The notes under the pieces were generated by a model. It was not told the origin of the DNA. It saw only the letters and a program-made list of their open reading frames with translations, and made no database searches. A DNA stretch of 64,000 nt from Rebecca billardiae RCC1528 (Eukaryota; Protista; Haptophyta), in assembly GCA_965240325.2 (NCBI GenBank), contig OZ251225.1, positions 2,542,001 to 2,606,000 of the forward strand, in the 5' to 3' direction. Within the stretch, counting starts at the first letter, position 1; each line of letters starts with the position of its first letter. Below are positions 20,181 through 29,780 of the stretch, in pieces. The translations under genes and the position numbers were made by a program.

Positions 20181-23100
20181 TCAGGTGCCACCCCCGCCGG
20201 CTCCGGCGAGCCGCCGCGCGCTCTGCAGGTTGACCTCGAACGCCTGCATCTGCTTCTGCTCCTCCGCTTGCAGCGCCTCCTGCAATCGGCCGAGGCCGGC
20301 GTGCAGCTGCTGCACGATCGAGTCGGCGCTGCCGTCCGAGTCGAACTCGCCCTTGAGCACGCGGAGCATGTCCTCGCGCTGCGCGACGACCGCCTCGTCC
20401 GTGCGCTCCCACGAGCCCATGAAGACCGGGTGGTGCGTGTCCTGCCGCCGCAGCATCTCCGAGCGCTTCTTCGGGTCGAGCGACGCCGCCTTCTCCTCCT
20501 CGCCGGGCGCGGGCTTGGCCGGCTCCGCGGGCGTGGCGGCCGAGCCGCCCATGCCGCCGAAGAAGGAGAACTTCTTCTTCTTCGGCGCGGCCGGGTTGGA
20601 CGAGGCCTGGCGCGACTGCGCGCCGCCGCCGCCGCCGCCGCCGCCGCCCGCCTCCTCCGCCGCCTCGATCCGCATCGCCGACTTCTTGGTCAGCTTGACC
20701 GGCGCGGCGAGCTCGAGGTTCTGCAGCTCCACCTCGATCGTGAACGTCACCGTGAACACGTTGCCCTCGGGCGTGAGCTCGTCGAGGATGGGCGGGCCGG
20801 AAAACCAGTTGGCGACAATGGTTGCGCTCGAGCCGTCGGGCAGCGCGGCTGTCGAGAGTACAGAGAGCGGCACCTGCCTGCTGTCCACCTCCGAGCCGTT
20901 CACGTCCTCGACCTTGGAGATCCACGCGCGCACGCACCGCTCGATCGGGTACTTCTGCGCCTGCCCCTGCGAGAGCTTGATCAGTAGCCGGCGCGCGCGG
21001 CCGTACTTGAGCGTGTACACGCCCTTAGCGATGCCCCACGGGTTGGTGCCGCCGTCATACTTGACCGCCTGGTACTGCTCCGAGCGCTCGGGCTGCGCGC
21101 GGCGGCGGCGGCGGGCGAGGCGCGCGGCGCGCGGCGCGCGGACGGCGCGTGAGCCACGGAGCGCACCGCCGCCGCGGCCTCTGCCGCGCCATCGCCGCCG
21201 CGGCCGCGGCCGCGCGCGCAGAGCGCCGCGCCGCGCCGCGCGCACCGTCGAGCACTCGTGCACATCGAGCGACACGAAAAAGTCAAAGACCTCGGGCGGC
21301 AGCTCGGCGCCATCGAACGGGTTGGCCGCAGCCTTGGCCGCCGCCGACTTGGGGGCCTCGAACACCAGGCCCTCCGTGATCGACTCCGGCTCGCCCCAGA
21401 CCTCCACCGTCAGGAAGTCGGTGCGGAAGTACTCGACCATGTCCGCGGTCACCACTGGGAAGAGCAGGTCGTCTCGGAAGTCGAACGTGGGCGCGGCCGT
21501 CTTGCCGTAGCACACGTCGGTCGTGCGCTCCTGCGCGGGGCGCGCGGGCGGAGCGGGCGTGGGCGTGGTCGCGGCCGCGTGGGCGCGCCGCGGCGCGGCG
21601 CGGCCGGTGCGCTCGGCCGCTCGGCGCGCGCGCGGCGCAGCACGACGGCGCGCGCGGCCGGCGCGCGCGTGCGGCCGGCCGCGCGCGCGCCCCCGCCCAG
21701 GCGCCGTGCGCGCGCGCACCTCCATGTCGAGTGTGTACTTGCAGAAGACGTTCGTGTTCTGCTCCTCCGGCAGCCCGCGCGCCTGCTGCACGCGCAGCAC
21801 GAGGTTGAGCGGCTCGCCCGCGAGCGCGCCAGGCTGCAGGATGGGCGCGGCGGGGGAGACGAAGTCCTCCTCAGTCGGCTGCAGCGAGCAGAGAAGCTCG
21901 CCCTTTGGCCGGCCGAGCGGGTCGAGCACGGTCAGCCAGTGCTGCGCGCGCAGCCGGTGCGTGAGCGGCGCGAGCGAGAGGTACGCGCGGCCGATCAGCA
22001 GCGGGTGCGGCGGCATGTAGAACGGGTCGGCGTCCGTGCCGGGCTCGGGCGACGTGTTGTGCTTCAGGTACGCGTAGTGCGCGTCACGGATGTTGTACAT
22101 GCGGTCGTTGAACTCCGACGCCGTCCACACCGTCTCGCGCTTCTGCCGCTCCTCCTGCCCGATCGTCGTGAGCACGACCTGCAGCTCGATGCTCTTGTGC
22201 AGCATCATCTCCTGCGCGGGCGAGAGCCCGGCCGTCTCGGGCACCTCCACCTGCACGCGCGGCTCAAGCTTCACCTTGCGACCCATGGCGTCGGCGATCA
22301 CGTTGGCCTCGTTGATCGTCGGCATCAGCGAGCGGAGCTCCTGCTCGACGCGCTCGAGCTCGGCGCGGAACGCGTCGACGTGCGCGTCGATGCCCGCCTG
22401 CATGCCCTCGAGCTTCTCGGCGCGCGCGCGGATCGCGGCGAGCTCCGCCTCCTTGCGCGTGAGCTCCTGCTCACGCGCACGCTGCGACTCGGCCTCCTCC
22501 GCCTTGAGCGAGCTGAGCATCGCCTTTCGGTCCTCCTCGAGGCGCGCCTGCGCGTTCTGCTTCTCCTGCTCGAGCTGCGCCGACATCTTGGAGATCCGGT
22601 CCTCCATCGCCTTGCGCTCGCGCTGCACCTCCTCCTCCACCTTGACGTTGATGGCCTTGCCCAGCGCGTCGCCCAGCTCCTGCTGAGCCATCGACCAGTC
22701 GATCACGCCTCCCGAGAGGTCGACCGCCTCGGCGCCGCCCTCGCGCCGCTTGCGCTCGGCGTCCACCGGGTGCACCAGCCGGAAGACCTGCCGCGCGCCG
22801 AAGATGACGCGGTCCGAGTGCCGCAGCGTCACCGAGTCCTTCAGGTTCTGCCCGTTCACGAACGAGCCGCCGCCCGGCAGCGGCGAGAGCGTGACGCCGC
22901 CGCCGTTCGCCTCGTCCTGCACGTCGATCGTGGCGTGGCGCTTTGCGATTCCCGGGCCCTCGAGCACGACGTCGCACGCGTTGCCGTCGTACCCGACGGT
23001 CGTCTTGCCTGCGCGGCGGCGGCGGCCGCGGCGGTGGGCACACGGCGGGGAGGTTCAGCCCAAGCGGGGCGCTGGCGCGACGGTGCGCGGCGCGTGGCGC

Positions 23101-25799
23101 CCGCCCTCCCACTCCGCGCCCGCGCGCACGGCACGGCCAAAGCGCCCGCGCGCGCCGTGCTCCCGTCCCCGCCCCGCCCCTCGGCATCCCGGCCGTCCGC
23201 ACGCGTCCGCGCTCCGCCCGCGGCTGGGGTGCGCGCGGAGGGCTTGCGCGATGCGCCCGACGGCCGCCGCTCCACGCGGCGCAGGCAGCGCGGCGCACCG
23301 GGCTTGAGGAAGTAGAGAAGCTGGCCGTTGAGGTTTGGGTCCTCGTTCAGGTTGACGAGGTGCGGCGTGCGCTCGTCGACGCCCTCCTCGATCTTGCCGA
23401 GGCCGAGCTTGTCGAGCACCGCCTGCCGCTTGGCCTCGAGCTCCTTCGCCTCGCTCAGCTTGTCGTCCCACGAGCGCTCCAGGTTCTGCAGCGCGCGCTC
23501 GTTCGCCTCCATCTGCTCCTTGAGCATCTGCTTGGACTTCTCCTCCGCCTTGACGCGCGTCGCGACCACGTTGAACTGCCGCGTGAAGTCCACCGCCTTC
23601 GCCTTGTCGCCGAGCGACTTGGCCTCCTCCGCCTTGCGCTGCAGGTCGTCCATCAGCTGCTGCTTCTCCTCCGCCGTCTTGCTCTTCAGCGCCTCCAGCT
23701 CCGCCGACTGCTCCTCCGCCAGCGCCTTGACGGTCCGCAGCTCCTCGAGCGCAGAGTCTGCGGTCGTGCGCGCCGCGTCCGCGGACGAGAGCGCGTTCTT
23801 CTCGTCGGAGATGCGCGCCTCGAGCGCGGAGCGAGCCGCCGCCGCCTCGCGCCGCGCCTCCTGCACGCGCTGGAAGTACACCAGCCGCAGCGCGACGATC
23901 TCCGGCCCGTTCGGCCCCGCCGCCTCGGTGAGCTGCTTGCGCGCCGCCGCCTGGCCAAGGCTCGTGCTTGCCTCGTCGACCATCGACGACACCTGCGCGG
24001 AGAGCTGGTCGACCTGCACGCGGCCGGCGGCGCGGAGCTCGGCGAGCAGCGCCTCGCGCACGGCCGCCACGTCCGCAAAGTTGAGCCCGCCCGCCTCGCC
24101 GCGCTGCAGCTTGAGCGCGAGCGCGGCCGCGCCGTCCGCGACCGCGGCGCCGTTGCCGCCTTTTTGGATCAGCGCCTCGAGCTCGGCCGTGAGCGTCTTC
24201 GCCTCCTTCTCGGCGGCCTCCTGCTCGGCGGGGCTGCCGAGCGTGGCGGCCTTCTCCTGCGCGGCCGCCGCCTCCGGGTCCGCCGCCGCGAGCGCCGCCG
24301 GGTCGGGCGGCATCCCCGCCGCGCCGAGCAGCGCCTCGAGCTGGCTGAGCCGTTTGGTCGCGGCGTCCAGCTCCTGCTTTGCGCCCGCGGCCGCCTTGCG
24401 CGCGGCGGCCGCCTCCTCCTCGGCGAGGCGCGCGGCCTCCTTCGCGGCCTCGGCGACCTCGTTGGACGTCTCGGGCGAGCCGCCACTCAGCGCCGCGGCC
24501 ACGTCGCCGCCCTGCCCGCTCATCGCCTTCTTCAGCCGCTCGTTCTCCTCGCGCAGCTCGCGGATGAGCTTCTCGGTCGGGTCCTCGTTCTTAATCGCGC
24601 TCGTCTTGATCTTCTTGGCGTTGTTGGCGTAGCGGAGGGTGGAGAGGGTCTCCTCGTAGTTGATGTCGGCGGGCGAGAGCGCCGCCACCATCACCGTCTT
24701 CGAGTTGCCACCGAGCGCCGACTGCAGCAGCCGCGTCAGCACCGAGTTGCGGTACGGCACGAACGTCTTCTTCTTCGGGTTGCCAGAGTTCTCCGCGAGC
24801 GCGGTGATCACCTGGCCGAGCGCGGTGAGCGACGAGTTGATGGCGGCGCCCTCCTTGAGGCGGTCGCCCGTCGCGCCCGTCGACTCGGCGCGCTCCGAGC
24901 CCGCCAGGTCCACCAGGTTGATCACCGACTTGGTCTCCGACTTCTTGGGGCCGAGCGAGGCGAGCTGCTTGAACGCGATCGCAAACACCGTGTGCGCACG
25001 CGACGAGGTCGCGTTCATGTTGGTCGCGCCGATGGTGCGGTGCGTGGTGCCGACCTCCATCTGCCGCTCGATCGCCTTGTACGACTTCACCGCCACCGTC
25101 GTGAGGTGCTCCACGTACACGCCGAGCTGCTTCGTCTCGCGGATCTTGAGCTTGTCCGACTTGGTCGGGTCGAGCAGGTCGCGCATCTTCTCGTTGTAGA
25201 TCTCCATCATCGACACCTCGACCTGGAACTCCTTGTCCGCGCTCTGCTGCGCGGTGATGCGCTCGAACATCTCGGAGCAGGTGAGCGGGATCACCCCCTT
25301 GTTCGTGCCGTACCCCACGATCGAGTACGACTTGCCCGAGCCCGTCTGCCCGTACGCAAACACGCACGAGTGGTACCCGTTCCACGCGTTCTCGAGGACG
25401 CCCATGCCGAGGTCGGACATCACCTTGGCCTGGTCGGCGTACTTCGAGCCGGGCTCGGCCTCGAGGTAGCCGTCATCGCGCTCGGTGAAGCCGTCGTGCG
25501 ACCAGTACGAGTAGTCGAACGAGAAGTCCTGCGCGCCCGCCATGCGTGCCGATGGGAGCGCGCGCCGACACGTCAGGCGCATTCGCCTCGCACGCGCCGG
25601 GCAGACAGCGCAGGGCACGGCGGGCGGCGAGCGGAGGGCGGGAGATGCAGTGGCGCGTGCGTACCTTGGGCTTCCCGTTCTCCGGGTTGGTGATGGTGGT
25701 CTTCTGACCCTGCATGTCGATGATGAGCGTCGCATTGCGCTCCTTCTCGCGCCCGTTGAAGGGGCGCACGCGCACGGCGACCTTGACAGCCTCAGCCAT
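20181..25799 (-). CDS. Kinesin-3 family motor (KIF28/KIF13-like): motor, long coiled coil, FHA, C2-like domain; introns 25529-25664, 23009-23298, 21531-21719, 21093-21245
   Basis: [69 protein letters not shown] precedes an FHA (spliced [30 protein letters not shown]). C2-like [10 protein letters not shown]. All four introns are GT..AG and restore the frame. Confidence 0.93.
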
Positions 25800-26371
25800 G
25801 GCTCAGGGCACCGGGGCAAGAGTGAGCACGAGCAGTATCCACGCGTCGAGCCCACCAGGCGGATTGCTCGCCCAGCCGGTCGTGCACACCGAGGCTGCGA
25901 GAGCCGAGAGCGGCCGTGTGCTGGTTTCCCCCGCCGCGACGCGAGCGGCTTCGACCCTGTGTTACTGCGCGCTCAGCGAGTGGAGTGAAACCGAATCGCA
26001 CGATTCACGATGGCGCCGATTGATTTCCAGATTGTGCGGGTAGATCGTAGCTTGTCTTTGGTTGTGCGATACAATGTGCCCGAAGTAACGGCGGGTTTAC
26101 GCGCGCTCAAAAAGCCAGCCAGCGCCGCTGCGGAGGTCGGAGGATGCACGCACTACGGGCTGCATGAGCGCATGACGACGGCCGACGGGGAGTAGTACAG
26201 TAACACGAGCATAAAAGTATACAATCGTCTAACGTAGCCGTCTGTCCAACTGGCCCGGCGATGGCCTTACGTGTGACAGGCGTCGGATCGTCAATCCCGT
26301 CCGGAATCCGCCAGCCCGCCAGGCAGCAGGCTTCGGATGGCAAGTGCGTGCAGTGACCTGCCACGATGGCC

Positions 26372-27469
26372 CTATTCCTCCTCGTCGTCCGGCCTCTCGA
26401 CCTGCACGAGCTGTTTCCCCACATTGTCGCCGCGGAGCACGCGCTCGAGCGCGCGCGGCGCACTGTCGAGCCCGATAGCCGTCTGCTCGCGATGCGCCAG
26501 CCTGCCGTCGCGGAACCATCCGCGCAGGTCGTCTAGCATCTGGTCAAAGGTATCGGCGTGGTCCAGCACGAGGAAGCCCTCCACGCGCGCGCGCTTCAGC
26601 AGGAGCTGGCGGTTGGGCCGCGGGCCACCTGGCGGCGACAACGCCATGGGCCGGCCGATCTCAGCGACCGCGCCGCAGAGCGCGACGCGCCCGCCGATGT
26701 TGAGCGCCGCGAGTGCCGCGTCGAACTGCTCGCCGCCGACGTTGTCCAGCACGCAGTCCACGCCGTCGGGCGCCGCCTCGGCGATTGCCGCCGCCAGGTC
26801 GGGGCTCGTGCGGTAGTTGATCGCGGCGTCGTAGCCATACGCGCCGGTGCAGAGCGCGGCCTTCTCGTCCGAGCCGCACACGCCGACCGTTCGCGCGCAC
26901 CCGGCGAGCTTGGCAATCTGACCGGCTGCAGAGCCGACGGCTCCGGCGGCGGAGGTGACGAGCATGGTCTCGCCTGGACGGGGCGCGCAGACGCGCTTCA
27001 CCCCGACGTACGCTGCCAGCCCGCTGTGCCCGAGCACTCCGAGCGCAGTCGAGCTCGGCTCCGGGAGCCGTGGGTCGAGCTTGCGCCACACGGCCGCGCG
27101 GCCGACCAGCGCGTACTCCTGCCAGCCGAGCCAACCGACGACGCGCTCGCCCGCCTCGATCCCGGGGAGGCGCGACGCGACGACCGTCCCCACGCCGATC
27201 GCGCGCATCACGCCGCCGAGCGGCACCGCGGGCATGTGGCCTGGCTCCGTCGCGATGTGCGACGCCTGGCCCGGGTCGATCGACAGGACCTCCACGCGCA
27301 CAAGTGCGTGGTCGTCGCGCATGGTGGGCATGGGGGAGTCGACCGCCTCGAAGAGGCGCTGCGTGACCGCAGGGGTGGGCCGTGCGCGCAGCAAGAGCTG
27401 CCGATTGAGCACGGGGCCGGCCATCGACCACACATGCCGCCGAATGACGCGCGCGACGGGCGGCGCCAT
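26372..27469 (-). CDS. NADP-dependent oxidoreductase, MDR superfamily (PTGR/CurA-like)
   Basis: NRQLLLRARP, LSIDP, GWQEYA, LGVLGHSGLAAYVG, VTSAAGAVGS, PDGVDCVLDNVGG, GDNVGKQLV. Confidence 0.9.
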   Translation of the reverse strand: MAPPVARVIRRHVWSMAGPVLNRQLLLRARPTPAVTQRLFEAVDSPMPTMRDDHALVRVEVLSIDPGQASHIATEPGHMPAVPLGGVMRAIGVGTVVASRLPGIEAGERVVGWLGWQEYALVGRAAVWRKLDPRLPEPSSTALGVLGHSGLAAYVGVKRVCAPRPGETMLVTSAAGAVGSAAGQIAKLAGCARTVGVCGSDEKAALCTGAYGYDAAINYRTSPDLAAAIAEAAPDGVDCVLDNVGGEQFDAALAALNIGGRVALCGAVAEIGRPMALSPPGGPRPNRQLLLKRARVEGFLVLDHADTFDQMLDDLRGWFRDGRLAHREQTAIGLDSAPRALERVLRGDNVGKQLVQVERPDDEEE

Positions 27470-27486
27470 CCCTCCAACTTGCCAGT

Positions 27487-29032
27487 ATTGACCAAGGGCG
27501 CGAAAGGGGGTCGCTCGCTACAGGGGGGTCCAGATGGTGGGCCCCACTTTGGCGGTGGCTGGCCAGGTAGTGCGGCACGTCCGTGCCTCTGGACGGGCAT
27601 TGAGCGGTGGCGAGGTCGCCAAATGGCGTGGCGTGGTCCCAGACAAGGTTGTTACTAGTCCTGATCAGCTTGCTAGCCATGCCGGTCGTTGATCACCCTG
27701 CCGTTGACAGGCGCGCACACGCTAAACGTATTCGCACGGCAGCCGTGTCGGACGGCGGTCGCACGACTACCGCGCAGCCAACCTTGCTCGTCCGATCCAC
27801 GGCTTGTAGGGTCAGATGGACCATTGCCAGGCATGCACCGTCGCAATGCATGCTCCAGAGGGCAGTATGACCGTCAGAACGGTGATCCTGGCCGCTACCT
27901 GCCCATCCTTCTCATGCGCAACCTCACCGGCGCGCCGGTCGTACGGGGTCGTGGACGTGGACGTGAGAGTGGTCGAAAAGTCGGAAGGGAAGCTGTCACT
28001 CACGCACACGCGCTCGTACGGCGACGCCGACCTGCCTACGCCACGCCCCAGTGACCGGGCCGTGGCGCTGGGGCCTTAGATCGCGTTGGGACGGGCATTC
28101 ACGCCCGCCATGGCTTCCCTTCCGAAGTGGGAAACTTCATCTGGCCCCCCCTGTAAGCCCCACCCGCGCCGGCCAGCATGGCTGCCTGGCAGGCGGCGGC
28201 GTGCTCAAGCGAGCCGTAAGCCGGGAATTCACGCGCTGGCGGTGCGGTTTTGGCGGCGCAGGTGGCCTCGCGGGTCGCCTGCAGGTATGCTCAGAGCCTT
28301 AGGACAGCTTGGTGGCCCGCAACCCCAGGCTCCTTGTCGCTGCTTGCCGACTGCAAGCGATCACGCGTCGACCGTGCAATCCCGCGTGCACGCGGCCCAA
28401 CGTAGGGTGCTGCACATGCCAGCAGATGGTGAAGGGGGGTCGCCCGCCGCGCAGACGTCCTCGGAGAGGACGTCGACCCCCGTGCGTCGCCTCGATCCCG
28501 ACCTCTCCAGCCCAGGCTTGCGTGCTCCCTAATGCAATGACATACGAACAACCATAGGCATTTCAAAATGTTATCTCGACTTTTGGGCTAGAACTTCACA
28601 TTGTCCGTGTCTCTCTGGGCAGCAGGCCTTCAGCGACTCCTTGCGGGACAACGCCCAATCAAGGCGACGCACGGGGGTCGATGTCCTCTCCGAGGACGTC
28701 TGCGTGGCGGGCGACCCCCCTTCACCATCTGCTGGCATGTGCAGCACCCTACGTTGGGCCGCGTGCAACGCGGGACCGCACGGTCGACGCGTGATCGCTT
28801 GCAGTCGGCAAGCAGCGACAAGGAGCCGGGGTTGCGGGCCACCAAGCTGTCCTAAGGCTCTGAGCATACCTGCAGATGACCTGTGAGGCCCCCTGCGCCG
28901 CCAAAACCGCACCGCCAGCGCGTGGATTCCCGGCCTACGGCTCGCTTGAACACGCCGCCGCCGGCCAGGCAGCCATGCTGGCCGGAGCGGGTGGGGCTTA
29001 GCGAGCGACCCCCTTTCGCGCCCTTGGTCAAT
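27487..29032. mobile_element. Foldback element with ~375-bp inverted arms (left 27487-27520 + 28156-28496; right 28658-29032), ~160-bp spacer
   Basis: The arms are near-identical reverse complements and give near-identical mirrored ORFs in the track. The left arm is split by a nested MITE. Confidence 0.85.
27521..28153. mobile_element. 633-bp Tc1/mariner-type MITE with TA target-site duplication
   Basis: TA|CAGGGGGGTCCAGATG...CATCTGGCCCCCCCTG|TA. The host's opposite arm shows the empty site TCGCTCGC-TA-AGCCCCAC. Confidence 0.9.
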
Positions 29033-29052
29033 TATCATCCGCCTGGCGGGGG

Positions 29053-29190
29053 TACAGTTTATTTGTTTTAACGCGTGCGTAAGGGCTCAGGCGCGCAGGC
29101 GAGATTACAGTTTACTGAAGAATAAGTCTGAGTGTCAGACACTTGACAGACTGAATAAGAGACGCAGACAGCTCAGGCCGGCGAGAAATC
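29053..29190 (+). repeat. Dispersed ~50-bp repeat TACAGTTTACT.AGAATAAGAGACGCACACAGCTCAGGCAGGCGAGATC (two degenerate copies here)
   Basis: Related copies at 40944-40996 and 59823-59874, and an inverted one at about 60073-60122. Confidence 0.7.
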
Positions 29191-29780
29191 GTGCGACGAC
29201 GATCTAATCCGCGCGGAAAACGGATGATATGATAGTCATGTGAATAATAATGGCTCTTCGCGCCTGGCGGGGGCGCTCTGGCCTAGCTGCGGGCTCTTGG
29301 GGGAGATCATCGGCATCGCCCGGCGTTGCCGTTGGGCCCGCGTACTCGTACTCGTACTCGTAAGTCGTAGGCCGTACATGGCCTATATCACTATGCCAGC
29401 GGCCAGGGCCGGCGCGCGAGCGTCGGGCGGTCAGCTTGGATGCACAGTGCCGTTCGTCACGGCAACGCTGAACGTCCCGGGCCACCGCGCAGGCGCTCTG
29501 CGCACATCAGCCTGATTCCAAACGGCCGAGCGGCCGCTCGACGCTGACTGAGCCCGCGACGCCGACTGCAGAGTGCAGGCGACTGCTGACCGGGTCCGGG
29601 CCGACATTATAATTCGGTCCGGCCGGCTCCCGGCTCGGATTGTGCGAGACGTGGCTGCCACGGGACGACGAGTGCCCGGTGTGGTCGTGTGGGATGGCGC
29701 GCGGTCGGGATGTGCGTAGTCACAGACCCTGTTCGGCTTAGCACGACTGCGAAGAGTCACGCGGCGATGCCGGCGGGCGC

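Noticed and set aside
21258-25693. 685-aa and 916-aa plus-strand ORFs
   Set aside because: Antisense shadows of the kinesin, with no domain signal.
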